Part shown: positions 1-10,004 of the stretch, piece after piece
Layout: each line of letters starts with the position of its first letter
How positions within the stretch are numbered: position 1 is the first letter of the stretch
DNA from: Candidatus Nitrosopumilus brisbanensis
Lineage (GTDB): Archaea > Thermoproteota > Nitrososphaeria > Nitrososphaerales > Nitrosopumilaceae
Length of the DNA stretch: 64,000 nucleotides
Direction of reading: 5' to 3'
Assembly: GCA_038152885.1 (NCBI GenBank)
Contig: JAYOXR010000001.1
Span: 5,273-69,272, forward strand
Program-made: the position numbers and the translations under genes
Notes under the pieces: generated by a model
Databases searched by the model: none
The model's input: the letters and a program-made list of their open reading frames with translations, nothing else
Told to the model about the DNA's origin: nothing

Positions 1-321
1 GATTGCTTCAGTCTTTCCGCCAGTGACTCCCAACTCTTTTTCAACTTGTAATTCCACTGGTAGTCCCTGAGTATCCCAGCCACCATTAAAGTCGATTTTC
101 TTTCCTTGTAAAGTATTGAATCTGTACCATAGGTCTTTGATGACTCTACCTCTCAAATGTCCTGCATGAGGAATTCCATTCATTGTGGGTGGTCCCTCTA
201 TGAATCTGACTCGCTCTTTCTTATCTGATGCAAAAATTTTTTCTTCTAAATTAATTGAGCCAATATAATCTCGAACTTGATTCTCTATTGCCTTTGCATC
301 AAACTTTGTAGAAAGTTCCAA
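1..321 (-). CDS. ileS: isoleucyl-tRNA synthetase, N-terminal fragment (gene continues beyond window start)
   Basis: Not in the ORF track because it runs off the window. Reverse-strand translation reads (TTG)ELSTKFDAKAIENQVRDYIGS...RFIEGPPTMNGIPHAGHLRGRVIKDLWYRFNTLQGKKIDFNGGWDTQGLPVELQVEKELGVTGGKTEAI. This is a class-I aaRS HIGH-type signature followed by GWDTxGLPVE, which I associate with type-2 IleRS. The only in-frame start candidate after the upstream stop is TTG at 321-319. Confidence 0.7.
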   Translation of the reverse strand, partial: MELSTKFDAKAIENQVRDYIGSINLEEKIFASDKKERVRFIEGPPTMNGIPHAGHLRGRVIKDLWYRFNTLQGKKIDFNGGWDTQGLPVELQVEKELGVTGGKTEAI

Positions 322-385
322 TGGATTTTGGTACTATTCAGGCATTATAAAGCTAAATTGGAAACTCAAGACTTGGAATATATAA

Positions 386-1666
386 TTGCCAAAAAGAGAT
401 TTTTCATTGGTTAATGTTTTAGTTGTGGGCTCTGGAGGACGAGAGCATGCATTATCTTGGAAACTATCTCAAAGCTCCAAAGTTGATACAGTTTTTACTG
501 CACCTGGAAATGGTGGAACTCAAAACAACATTCCAATTAATGTTGAAGATTTAGATGCACTTGCAGATTTTGCTCAAAAAAATAATTGTTTTACTGTTGT
601 TGGACCAGAAGCTCCTCTAGCTATGGGGATTGTAGATAAATTTCAAAAACAAAATCTCAAAATCTTTGGTCCATCAAAGCAAGCAGCACAATTAGAATCA
701 AGTAAAATCTGGGCAAAAAATTTCATGAAAAGAAACAACATTCCAACTGCAAGATTTGAGATATTTGACGATCCTCAAAAGGCAAAAGAACATCTGGATT
801 CAATTGATTATGATGTAGTAGTAAAAGCAGATGGTTTGGCTGCTGGAAAAGGTGTAATTGTATGTAGTAACAAGGAAGAAGCAATCTCTGCAATTGAGAC
901 AATTCTTACAAAAAAAACTTTTGGTGATGCTGGAAACAAAATCATTATTGAGGAACGCATTGATGGAATCGAGGCGTCATTTATCGCACTATCTGATGGA
1001 AAGATTGCAATTCCTATGGCTTCAAGTCAAGACCACAAACGAATCTTTGATGATGACAAGGGACCTAACACTGGTGGTATGGGTGCATATTCTCCAACAC
1101 CAATTATTGATGAATCTCTTGCAAAAAAAATCCAAGATAAAGTAATTGACAAAACAATCCAGTCTATGAAATCTGAAGGAATTGAATTTCGAGGATTTCT
1201 TTATGCTGGAATAATGCTCAAAGATGGTGAGCCATATGTACTTGAATACAATGTTCGCATGGGTGATCCTGAATGCCAGCCAATTACAATGAGAATGGAT
1301 TTTGATTTGTTTGATTATCTTACTGCAAGCTCTGAAGGGCAATTACAATCACTTCCACAAATCAAATGGAAGAACCAATATGCTGTGTGCATAGTTTTAG
1401 CATCCAAAGGTTATCCTGAAAAATATCCCAAAGATGAGCCAATCTCTGGAATCTCAAATTCTGAAGATTCTTACGTTTTTCATGCAGGAACCATCAAAAA
1501 AGATCAAGTCATTCTCTCAAATGGTGGACGAGTCCTAGGTGTAACTGCACTTGGTGATACACTAGAACAAGCAATTCAAAATGCATACAAGCAGTCAGAT
1601 AAAATTTCATGGTCCAACAAATATTGCAGACGCGATATTGGCAAAAAGGGACTATCTTATCTCTGA
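386..1666 (+). CDS. purD: phosphoribosylamine-glycine ligase (GAR synthetase)
   Basis: 426-aa ORF with a VLVVGSGGREHAL N-terminus, an ATP-grasp core and a GGRVLGVTA C-terminal region. The track start is TTG 386. TTG at 407 (M-VNVLVVGSGG...) fits family N-termini better. Confidence 0.93.
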   Translation: MPKRDFSLVNVLVVGSGGREHALSWKLSQSSKVDTVFTAPGNGGTQNNIPINVEDLDALADFAQKNNCFTVVGPEAPLAMGIVDKFQKQNLKIFGPSKQAAQLESSKIWAKNFMKRNNIPTARFEIFDDPQKAKEHLDSIDYDVVVKADGLAAGKGVIVCSNKEEAISAIETILTKKTFGDAGNKIIIEERIDGIEASFIALSDGKIAIPMASSQDHKRIFDDDKGPNTGGMGAYSPTPIIDESLAKKIQDKVIDKTIQSMKSEGIEFRGFLYAGIMLKDGEPYVLEYNVRMGDPECQPITMRMDFDLFDYLTASSEGQLQSLPQIKWKNQYAVCIVLASKGYPEKYPKDEPISGISNSEDSYVFHAGTIKKDQVILSNGGRVLGVTALGDTLEQAIQNAYKQSDKISWSNKYCRRDIGKKGLSYL

Positions 1667-2229
1667 GTATTAATTAATTGGTCTTCAGTCACAATCCAGT
1701 CAATCTGAATATCGTGTTGTGCAACGGGGATATTTTTGACAATTTGTTTTTCCAAAGTAATTGCAATTGTGGGAATTTTATTTTTTGAGAGGAATCTGTC
1801 ATAAAATCCCAATCCATATCCCAATCTATCTCCACTTGATGTAATTCCGATACATGGGACAATTATTACGTCAAGTGAATTATCTGATTGACAATTTTCT
1901 TTTGGCTCTAAAATATCAAATTTTCCTGACTCTAAATCAGAAAAATCATTAATTTTTTTAAATTCTAAATTCTCCCCAATTACTTTTGGCAAATAGACCT
2001 CTTTACTCTCACTAAGTAATTTTTGAATAATGTCGTTTGTGTAAATCTCACTTCCTGTGGGATAATACAGCCCAATCTTTTTTGCCTTTTTGAAGACCTC
2101 TATTCGTTCCAACTTTTTTTGAATTTTCTTACTTGCAATCTCCATCAAATTTGCAGATGTATTGTCTCTTTTTTCAAGCAGAATCTTTCTGAGAGATTTT
2201 TTTTCTAAATCAATGTCCAATTTGACCAC
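1657..2229 (-). CDS. 5-formyltetrahydrofolate cyclo-ligase
   Basis: 190 aa. Both the size and the C-terminal RLGYGLGFYDRFL motif fit the MTHFS family. Its start overlaps the folD stop by 20 nt. Confidence 0.8.
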   Translation of the reverse strand: MVKLDIDLEKKSLRKILLEKRDNTSANLMEIASKKIQKKLERIEVFKKAKKIGLYYPTGSEIYTNDIIQKLLSESKEVYLPKVIGENLEFKKINDFSDLESGKFDILEPKENCQSDNSLDVIIVPCIGITSSGDRLGYGLGFYDRFLSKNKIPTIAITLEKQIVKNIPVAQHDIQIDWIVTEDQLINTQR

Positions 2230-3073
2230 TCAATGAAGCAGCAGTTACTGTATTTTTTAAAAGCATTGCAACTGTCATGGGTCCAACACCACCTGGAACT
2301 GGTGTGGCAAATGATGCTTTAGAAATAATCTCATCATAATCTGCATCTCCTGCCAACTTGTCATTGTGTCTAGTTATGGCAACATCAATTACGACTGCAC
2401 CTTCTTTAATCATGTCTGAAGTCAATGTGAATTTGGTTCTATCGCCAACTGCTGAAATTACAATGTCTGCTTCTCTGCAAACTTGATCAAGATTCTTTGT
2501 TTTTGAATGACATGTAATGACTGTGGCATTTCTTTGTAGTAGCAAGTGATACAATGGCTTTCCAACTAGATTGCTTCTATTAATCAAGACGATATTTTTT
2601 CCCTCCAAATCAATATTGTGATAATCAAACATTTCCATTACTCCTGATGGTGTACATGCAACAAGTGCTGCTTTTTTCATTGATAACAACCCTGCATTAT
2701 GTGGTGTGAGTCCATCTACATCTTTGAGTGGTGAAATTCTAGATATTGTTGTAAATTCATCTAGGTGTTTTGGAAGTGGTAATTGAACTAAAATTCCATG
2801 AACTTGATTATCTGAATTTAATTCATCAATTATTTTGTTTAATTCTTCTTGTGTGATACTTGACTCTAATTTGTGATCCTTTGTGGCAATTCCTACTTCT
2901 TGACATGCATTGTGTTTGTTTCTAACATATGTGGCTGAAGCCGGATTGTCTCCAACAAGTACTGTTGCAAGACATGGGTTGATTCCTTGAGTTTTTAATT
3001 GCTCCACTGCTTGCTTTACTCTATCTTTAACTGATTGAGCGATAACTTTGCCATCAATCTTGGTACCTGTCAT
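2210..3073 (-). CDS. folD: bifunctional methylene-THF dehydrogenase / methenyl-THF cyclohydrolase
   Basis: 287 aa with ATVLVGDNPASATYVRNK, the VQLPLP motif and PVPGGVGPMTVAMLL at the C-terminus, all canonical FolD signatures. Confidence 0.95.
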   Translation of the reverse strand: MTGTKIDGKVIAQSVKDRVKQAVEQLKTQGINPCLATVLVGDNPASATYVRNKHNACQEVGIATKDHKLESSITQEELNKIIDELNSDNQVHGILVQLPLPKHLDEFTTISRISPLKDVDGLTPHNAGLLSMKKAALVACTPSGVMEMFDYHNIDLEGKNIVLINRSNLVGKPLYHLLLQRNATVITCHSKTKNLDQVCREADIVISAVGDRTKFTLTSDMIKEGAVVIDVAITRHNDKLAGDADYDEIISKASFATPVPGGVGPMTVAMLLKNTVTAASLSGQIGH

Positions 3074-3154
3074 GGGATTGATTTACTTGTTTGATATTTA
3101 ATTCTTGGATTTGTTTTCAAAAACAATTTTAACGGCAAATAAATCACAAATATC

Positions 3155-3439
3155 ATGTTCATTATGATGGCAGATATTCAATTGAAGGAAGGTGCCGAAG
3201 ACGACTTTAAGAAATGGTTCTCAGAATCAAATGGTGTCTTGCGTAATTTTCCAGGATTCATCTCCAGACGATTTTTGAAATCCGGTGATGGCAGTTATAG
3301 GATAATTGTAGAGCATGAAAGCAAAGAGACTTTTATCTCAATGCACAATAGTCCTGAGCACGAAAAATTGCACCCAACTGGTCATTCATTCATGAGTGCT
3401 CCTCCTGCAAGAAAGACATACACCGTTTCAGCTGAATAG
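3155..3439 (+). CDS. ABM (antibiotic-biosynthesis-monooxygenase-like) domain protein
   Basis: 94 aa. The ferredoxin-like ABM pattern (DFKKWF...FPGFISRRFLKS..GSYRIIVEHESKETF) is recognised by eye only. Confidence 0.5.
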   Translation: MFIMMADIQLKEGAEDDFKKWFSESNGVLRNFPGFISRRFLKSGDGSYRIIVEHESKETFISMHNSPEHEKLHPTGHSFMSAPPARKTYTVSAE

Positions 3440-3441
3440 AT

Positions 3442-3762
3442 GTGAAATTAGAATTCGAATTAGAACCGATTCTTGAAAAGATAAAGAACGGCTCTTCATA
3501 TTTTCATACTTTTATCAACAAAGACAGCCTTGCTGCCGGAGTTTTGTATCTAAAACCAGGAGAAGAAGACACTCAAGAACCTCACAGCAGTGATGAGGTT
3601 TATTTTATTATCTCCGGCGATGGATTTCTAAAAATCAAAGACACTGATTATGCTGTTTCAAAAGACAAATTCTTTTTTGTAAAAAAAGATATTCCTCACC
3701 ATTTTCATGGAAATAAAAAACCACTCAAAGTCCTGTACTTTTTTGGTGGACCTGATGATTAA
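3442..3762 (+). CDS. cupin-domain protein
   Basis: 106 aa with GTG start. It has cupin-like motifs (G..EDTQEPHSSDEVYFIISG ... PHHFHG) and sits 2 nt after the preceding ORF. Confidence 0.55.
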   Translation: MKLEFELEPILEKIKNGSSYFHTFINKDSLAAGVLYLKPGEEDTQEPHSSDEVYFIISGDGFLKIKDTDYAVSKDKFFFVKKDIPHHFHGNKKPLKVLYFFGGPDD

Positions 3763-4376
3763 CTAATTACTGTTTTTCTTCCTGAAACTTTGACTTTACC
3801 TTTAGCAATCAAATTCACTGCTTCAGGATAAATCCTGTGCTCTTCTTTGAGGATTCTTTTTGATAATTCTTTGTCAGTATCTCCTTCTTTTACTGGAACC
3901 ACAGCTTGAATAATAATTGGACCTGTATCCATTCCAGAATCTACAAAATGCACTGTACAACCAGTAAATTTTACACCATAATCTAGCGCTTGCTTTTGTG
4001 AATCTAATCCTGGAAATGCTGGAAGTAATGCTGGATGAATATTGAGAATTTTATTTTTGTATTTTTTTACAAACTCTGGACTAATTATTCTCATAAATCC
4101 TGCAAGACATACAAGACCGTTTTTTTGAGTCACTCCATATTTTGTTAATACTGAAATTATCTTTTTATCATAATCTGCCCTACTCCCTTCAAATCCCTTA
4201 CTCTGAACTACTTCAATTGGTACTCCCATCTTTTGTGCAATCTTTAATCCTGCAGCATCTGGTTTGTTTGAAATTACAACTGCTGCTTTGATCGGAATTT
4301 TTTTCTTTTTGATTGCTTTGAGAATGTACTCCATGTTGCTTCCGCGACCAGATATGAGAATTCCAAGATTTAGCAA
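3759..4376 (-). CDS. purN: phosphoribosylglycinamide formyltransferase (folate-dependent)
   Basis: 205 aa with LGILISGRGSN, NIHPALLPAF and a GCTVHFVD..MDTGPII core typical of PurN. Confidence 0.92.
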   Translation of the reverse strand: MLNLGILISGRGSNMEYILKAIKKKKIPIKAAVVISNKPDAAGLKIAQKMGVPIEVVQSKGFEGSRADYDKKIISVLTKYGVTQKNGLVCLAGFMRIISPEFVKKYKNKILNIHPALLPAFPGLDSQKQALDYGVKFTGCTVHFVDSGMDTGPIIIQAVVPVKEGDTDKELSKRILKEEHRIYPEAVNLIAKGKVKVSGRKTVIS

Positions 4377-4433
4377 GTAGTCAATAGTGGATCAATCCTG
4401 CAATTTATATCAAATCCAAACTGTGTTTGTTTA

Positions 4434-5414
4434 TTGGCTCATACAGTCAGAATGACAAAAAATGGCATCTTGTGTGAAGTCAATCAACAACGTGTTTTTC
4501 TTGATCCAAAAAATACTGATGCTGATGGGATAAATTTTGTCTCACACGCACATCATGATCATCTTCCAAAAAAGAAGGGTGGGCTCATTTTATCCTCGCA
4601 GGAGACAAACAAACTGGCACATCTTCGAGGCTACACAATGGAGAATCATGTGGATTCCATGCCTGATTTTGAATTATTGGACAGCGGTCACATTTTAGGC
4701 TCAAAAGGGCTGTTCTTTGATGATTTGTTTTTTACAGGTGATATTTGCACTCGAGACCGAGGTTTTCTTAAAGGTGCCAAAATTCCTAAATGCAAAACCC
4801 TCATCACTGAATGCACTTTTGGTTTACCTGAATTTGTATTTCCAAAATTAGATGAAATTAAAAATCAAGTCAATGAATTAATTTCTGAACTTTATGGTAA
4901 AGGAATTCCTGTAATCTTGATGGGATACCAACTTGGAAAAGCTCAAACCATTACCCAACTTTTTGGACATTGGGGTCCAATGTATTTTCATGATTCTGTA
5001 AAAGAGATGAATGAACTACACAAAAATTTAGGAGTTGAACTAATTGATGGAATTGGACATTCAGAAGCTGAAGAAAAAGGATTACTGTCAAAAAAACCCT
5101 GGATAATGGTTGCTCCAATGACTACATACAAAAACAAATTTGTCCAAGAAATGAAATCAAAATACGGTGCAGTAACTATTGGATTTAGCGGTTGGGCAAG
5201 GTCTACAAAATTTTCTTTTGGAAGAAGAACTGATTACTCTATACCAATGAGTGATCATTGTGATTTTAATGAATTAATTTCAATGGTGGAACAATCAGGT
5301 GCTCAAAAGGTCTACACGATTCACGGATTTGTAAATGAATTTGCTCAAGAATTAAGAAAACGTGGAATTGATGCTAGTCCGCTCAAAGAAAATACTTTGG
5401 AAAATTTTATTTGA
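4434..5414 (+). CDS. metallo-beta-lactamase-fold hydrolase, beta-CASP-like (nucleic-acid-processing exonuclease type)
   Basis: 326 aa. It carries the SHAHHDH zinc motif near the N-terminus and a C-terminal MSDHCDF...IHG pattern. The size and layout resemble ligase-associated or mRNA-3'-end-processing MBL exonucleases. Confidence 0.55.
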   Translation: MAHTVRMTKNGILCEVNQQRVFLDPKNTDADGINFVSHAHHDHLPKKKGGLILSSQETNKLAHLRGYTMENHVDSMPDFELLDSGHILGSKGLFFDDLFFTGDICTRDRGFLKGAKIPKCKTLITECTFGLPEFVFPKLDEIKNQVNELISELYGKGIPVILMGYQLGKAQTITQLFGHWGPMYFHDSVKEMNELHKNLGVELIDGIGHSEAEEKGLLSKKPWIMVAPMTTYKNKFVQEMKSKYGAVTIGFSGWARSTKFSFGRRTDYSIPMSDHCDFNELISMVEQSGAQKVYTIHGFVNEFAQELRKRGIDASPLKENTLENFI

Positions 5415-5652
5415 TAAATTTACCACATTCACAATCCCTTACAAGACATGTCTCTGCATTTCTAATATGATCATGTGACAAATGTTTACATGATTCATTT
5501 TTACAAGTTCTCTTTAGTGCCTCTTTTTGAACAACTGCTTGAGCAATCTGATTTGCCTTTTCTTTAGAATACCCCTTTTTGTCCATATAGAAATGAACGA
5601 CACTGTTGTAAAGTTGCTCTGGATTGAATTGTTTTTCAAGCATGAAATTCAA
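5407..5652 (-). CDS. hypothetical small Cys/His-rich protein
   Basis: 81 aa. The C-terminal CKNESCKHLSHDH...CLVRDCECG cluster suggests metal binding. It overlaps the preceding gene by 8 nt in convergent orientation. Confidence 0.4.
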   Translation of the reverse strand: MNFMLEKQFNPEQLYNSVVHFYMDKKGYSKEKANQIAQAVVQKEALKRTCKNESCKHLSHDHIRNAETCLVRDCECGKFIK

Positions 5653-5701
5653 TTCCTAATGCGTCTTTCTTGTATTAAAAGTTCGATCAAATATTGAGAA
5701 A

Positions 5702-6970
5702 TTATCTCAAAATCACGCCTATATCTTGCAAATTTGTATGTGTAAATCCAGTTACAATGTTTGATTTTTGTTTTTGAAAGAACCTTCCAGAATCACTATT
5801 TTTTAAAAATTCCTTTATTGTTTCAGAATCAAATTTTACATTCTCTGTAATTGCTCCTGCAAAAACTGAATTTCCATCAATTCCATCAGTTCCCATTGAT
5901 GCAATGACAATTTTTTTTAATTTTTGTGTATTTTTCAAAATTCTCAAAACAAGTTCCTGATTTCGTCCACCCATTCCTTTTCCTAACACTTTGACTGTAG
6001 GTTCTCCACCAAAAATCAAACAAGTTTTTTCTTCTTCAGAAATATTTTCTACAATTTTTCTAACTTGCTCTTTAATGTCTCCGTAAATCTCAATTAATTT
6101 GACTTGATAACCCTTCTCTATTGCAGCTTGTTTCATCTTTGATACTACTAGTTGATTATTTGCAATTACGATATTTTCAATAGGCTCTACTTTCACTGAC
6201 TCTTTATCTACTCCTTGTTCTAATACATTAAGAACTTCAATTGGTGTCTTTTTTCTTAGATTGTATTTTTCTAAAACATCTAATGCATCTTTGTAGGTTG
6301 TGTTATCTGCAAAAGTTGTACCTGATGCAATTGATGATAAATCATCACCTTCAACATCTGACATGACTAGAGATATTCCCTTACATCTCATACTTTCTAA
6401 AATTTTTCCACCTTTGATTTTTGAGATGTGTTTTCTAACACAATTTATCTCTTGAATTGAAGCACCTGTTTTGAGAAGTAAATTTGTCATGAATATCTTA
6501 TCTTCCAATGTGATTTTATCTGGCAATGCCACAAGAGATGAACCTCCACCTGATACCAAAAACACTACTAATTCATCTGATTTTCTTGATGACAAAAACT
6601 TGATAATTTCTTTTGCAGCCTTGACACTTGTTTTGTCTGGTTGTGGGTGTTTCGAGTTAAAAATCTGAAATTTCTTACCTTTGACCAAAGACTTTGAGCC
6701 TTTAGGAATGACAATTATTCCTGCTTTGACTGGAATTATGGCATTTACTGCTCTAGTCATGGAATCTCCTGCTTTTCCAAATGCAACTGTGTAAATGTTT
6801 GAAAATTCATTCAACTTTATTGATTTTGAACCAATTTTGATTTCATTTGGAAATAGATAATCAGGAATAATATTTTGTGGATTTGCAGCTTCTAATCCTT
6901 TCTCTAAAATCTCTAAACATTCTCTCTTTCTAGATGTATCTGACAAATCTTCAAAATTTTGAATAATCAT
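5702..6970 (-). CDS. glycerate 2-kinase / hydroxypyruvate reductase family (MOFRL)
   Basis: 422 aa with VSGGGSSL, a GGEPTVKV.GKGMGGRNQE motif and a GTDGIDG signature of the MOFRL glycerate-kinase family. Confidence 0.8.
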   Translation of the reverse strand: MIIQNFEDLSDTSRKRECLEILEKGLEAANPQNIIPDYLFPNEIKIGSKSIKLNEFSNIYTVAFGKAGDSMTRAVNAIIPVKAGIIVIPKGSKSLVKGKKFQIFNSKHPQPDKTSVKAAKEIIKFLSSRKSDELVVFLVSGGGSSLVALPDKITLEDKIFMTNLLLKTGASIQEINCVRKHISKIKGGKILESMRCKGISLVMSDVEGDDLSSIASGTTFADNTTYKDALDVLEKYNLRKKTPIEVLNVLEQGVDKESVKVEPIENIVIANNQLVVSKMKQAAIEKGYQVKLIEIYGDIKEQVRKIVENISEEEKTCLIFGGEPTVKVLGKGMGGRNQELVLRILKNTQKLKKIVIASMGTDGIDGNSVFAGAITENVKFDSETIKEFLKNSDSGRFFQKQKSNIVTGFTHTNLQDIGVILR

Positions 6971-7013
6971 ATCTTATCTATGCAATGCAAGATATAATAA
7001 TAATCAATGATGT

Positions 7014-7967
7014 TTGTGTTTTATGCATACAGTACGCATTCCAAAAGTTATCAACTTTGGAGAAAATGCACTTGGTGAAACAGATTATCCAAAAAATGCT
7101 CTAGTTGTCACTACTGCTCCGCCAGAAATGTCAAGCAAGTGGTTAGACAAAATGGGTATTCAGGATTACATGCTGTTTGACAAAGTAACACCAGAACCAT
7201 CAATTGATGATGTAAATGCAGTAATCTCAGAATACAAAAGCAAAGATCCTTCCGTGATCATTGGTTTAGGTGGTGGAAGTTCTATGGACGTTGTAAAATA
7301 TGCAGCACCAGAACTTGGAAAACCAAAAATCCTAATTCCAACAACATTTGGAACAGGAGCTGAGATGACTACATACTGTGTCTTGAAATTTGACGGAAAG
7401 AAAAAACTTCTCCGTGAAGACAGATTTCTTGCAGACATGGCAGTCGTTGATTCTTACTTCATGAAAGGTACTCCACAACAAATCGTAAACAACTCAGTAT
7501 GTGATGCACTAGCACAAGCATCTGAAGGTTATGATAGCAAACTAGGAAATGATTTGACTAGAACTTTGTGTAAGCAAGCATTTGAGGTTTTGTATGATGC
7601 AATAATGAATGACAAGCCAGAAAACTACCCATACGGTTCAATGATTTCTGGAATGGGCTTTGGAAATTGCTCAACTACACTTGGACATGCATTATCATAT
7701 GTATTCTCAAATGAGGGAGTTCCACACGGATATTCATTATCCTCATGTACTACTGTAGCTCACAAACACAACAAATCCATCTTCTATGATAGATTCAAAG
7801 AATGTATGGAAAAATTAGGATTTGAGAAATTAGAACTCAAAGCCGATGTTAGTGAAGCTGCTGATGTCGTTATGACTGATAAAGGACACTTGGACCCAAA
7901 CCCAATTCCAATATCAAAAGATGACGTAGTAAAATGTCTTAATGAAATTAAGGCAGGAACCTGGTAA
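7014..7967 (+). CDS. iron-containing (family III) alcohol dehydrogenase, short form; possible malonic semialdehyde reductase
   Basis: 317 aa (or 314 from ATG 7023) with the GLGGGSSMDVVKY dinucleotide motif and GHALSY..PHG metal-ligand region. The specific function is inferred from recalled literature on Nitrosopumilus, not from the sequence. Confidence 0.7.
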   Translation: MCFMHTVRIPKVINFGENALGETDYPKNALVVTTAPPEMSSKWLDKMGIQDYMLFDKVTPEPSIDDVNAVISEYKSKDPSVIIGLGGGSSMDVVKYAAPELGKPKILIPTTFGTGAEMTTYCVLKFDGKKKLLREDRFLADMAVVDSYFMKGTPQQIVNNSVCDALAQASEGYDSKLGNDLTRTLCKQAFEVLYDAIMNDKPENYPYGSMISGMGFGNCSTTLGHALSYVFSNEGVPHGYSLSSCTTVAHKHNKSIFYDRFKECMEKLGFEKLELKADVSEAADVVMTDKGHLDPNPIPISKDDVVKCLNEIKAGTW

Positions 7968-8062
7968 GAAATTCTTATTTCTTTACTTTTTTCTATTTAT
8001 TTAAAACAACGAATTCCTGAGTTTGATTAAACTTTTTATTCCATTACTGATGCCTAAATTCA

Positions 8063-9163
8063 ATGGCACAAAGAAAATTAAAGTTTGGAATTCAAAACGG
8101 ATTAAACGTAGCTAGAGCTGGCTACACTGAAGATCAAATTCTTACAGCATGCATGCTCGCTGATAAGACCGGATACGACTCTATTTTTTACATGGATCAC
8201 ACAAACGTTCCTCAATGGAAAAAGGCAATTGTCTTAGACCCTTGGGTAATGTTATCTGCAATTGCTGCAGTTACTCAAAATGTTGAATTAGGTACATGTG
8301 TAACTGATGCAATTAGACGTCATCCTTCAAACATTGCACTAGCTGCAATCACTCTTGATAGAGTTTCTAAAGGAAGAGCTATCTTGGGAATTGGCGCAGG
8401 TGAAGCACAGAATCTCAAAGAATTTTGTATTCCATTTGAAAAACCAGTTTCAAAATGGGAAGAACAAATTGAAGTAATTCATACATTATACAATTCAACT
8501 CCAGACAATACTGTTGATTATGAAGGCAAGTATTACAAATTAGAACAAGCCTGTCTTCAAGCACCTCCAATTAGAAAACCACGTCCACCAACCTACATGG
8601 CTTCTGGTGGAAAGAGAACATTGGAACTAACTGGAAAATTAGGCGACGGTTGGTTGCCAATTGGTTACACTCCAGAATTGTTTGCAGATCATAGAATACA
8701 AATCGAATCTGCAATGGACAAGTATGGTAGAACACAAGAAGAAAAAGACAACTTTGAAATGGCACTTGACATTGATGTCTACTTTTCTGATGATGCTGAA
8801 GAATCATGGGCAAAGATGAAAGAAGCAGTAAAAGTAAGTTTGTTCAAACCTGAAATTCTTAGAGTACATGATATCAAAGATATTCAAGGATTTGACTTTA
8901 TCAAATACTTTACAGAATATTCAATGTCAAACCAAGACTGGATTGTAAAAATGAGAGAAGCAGCAACAAAGATTCCAGATAAAATTGCACGTTCATCAAC
9001 TGCAATCGGAACTCCTGAAGATATTATTCCAACATTTGAGAAATTCATGGAAGCAGGAGTTAATCACTTTGTGATTAGATTCTGGGGAAAGAACTACTTT
9101 GGCTCTATTGACAAATTCGCCAGTCATGTAATGCCTGTATTAAGAGAGAAAGCAAAACAATAA
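8063..9163 (+). CDS. luciferase-like (LLM class) F420-dependent oxidoreductase
   Basis: 366 aa with the Mer/LLM TIM-barrel pattern (LGTCVTD...RHP...A..A.TLD..S.GR..LGIGAGE). Confidence 0.6.
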   Translation: MAQRKLKFGIQNGLNVARAGYTEDQILTACMLADKTGYDSIFYMDHTNVPQWKKAIVLDPWVMLSAIAAVTQNVELGTCVTDAIRRHPSNIALAAITLDRVSKGRAILGIGAGEAQNLKEFCIPFEKPVSKWEEQIEVIHTLYNSTPDNTVDYEGKYYKLEQACLQAPPIRKPRPPTYMASGGKRTLELTGKLGDGWLPIGYTPELFADHRIQIESAMDKYGRTQEEKDNFEMALDIDVYFSDDAEESWAKMKEAVKVSLFKPEILRVHDIKDIQGFDFIKYFTEYSMSNQDWIVKMREAATKIPDKIARSSTAIGTPEDIIPTFEKFMEAGVNHFVIRFWGKNYFGSIDKFASHVMPVLREKAKQ

Positions 9164-9205
9164 CTCTCTGATCATATTTTTTAATCCCTTTTTTTCAGAA
9201 TTATT

Positions 9206-9430
9206 ATGAATGATGATCTTCCAGACACTGTAAAAAAGTGCATTGACTTACTGGAAGAAAATCTGGCAATTCTCTCAAACTTGGAATATGACCTAAATGA
9301 TGAACAAGAAGATAAACTCCAATCTGATTTGAAGTTACATCAACTCTATGACATGGCCGAAGATGTTTCTGAATCTTCAAAATTAAAGCGTGCAGAAAGT
9401 AATTTTGTAAGACGTATGGCTGAAGACTAG
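9206..9430 (+). CDS. hypothetical acidic protein
   Basis: 74-aa ORF in a gene-sized gap with no recognisable motif. Confidence 0.35.
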   Translation: MNDDLPDTVKKCIDLLEENLAILSNLEYDLNDEQEDKLQSDLKLHQLYDMAEDVSESSKLKRAESNFVRRMAED

Positions 9431-9904
9431 CTATGATTTATGCGGTCTCTTGTTCTTTGCTTTAGTAAATGCTTTAGCTCGTCGTTTGTTCATCTGTTTT
9501 TGTAATCTCTTTCTAGTTCTTTCTGTATTTTTTGTTGCCCCCTGAATGAATTTCTGTCTGCTGCCATCTTTTAGAGTGGTTTCAATTCCTTTGAATCTAA
9601 ACTCTACATCTTTGCATTTTCGATAATATTTGCTTAGACAAAAGTAAATTCTATTGTTTGATGCTTTCATCTCTTTTACTTCGCGAGATTTTTTTAATTC
9701 ATTCAAAATATTTCTTAAAAGACCCTTGTCGATATCTGAAATCTTATGCAATTCTCTAAACCATAAAAATTTTGAATCTTTTCCAAATTCTTCAAGAATT
9801 TTAATGACTTGATCGGTGGCAACTTCTTTTTCATCTGAATTTTCAGAATAATCCTCATTGACACCCTCATCAAATTCCTCATACTCTTCTTCAAAATTCT
9901 CCAT
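9431..9904 (-). CDS. hypothetical protein (acidic N-terminus, possible winged helix, basic C-terminal tail)
   Basis: 157 aa. The middle segment (FRELHKISDIDKGLLRNILNELKKSREV) looks wHTH-like and the C-terminus is Lys/Arg-rich. Confidence 0.45.
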   Translation of the reverse strand: MENFEEEYEEFDEGVNEDYSENSDEKEVATDQVIKILEEFGKDSKFLWFRELHKISDIDKGLLRNILNELKKSREVKEMKASNNRIYFCLSKYYRKCKDVEFRFKGIETTLKDGSRQKFIQGATKNTERTRKRLQKQMNKRRAKAFTKAKNKRPHKS

Positions 9905-10004
9905 AATTGATTGCTAAATTCCTCAATTATGTAATTTTGCATATGTCTAAAAATCTCAAAATTTTCATTTAGTTTATTACTTTGATGACTAAATTTTCAC
10001 TAAA

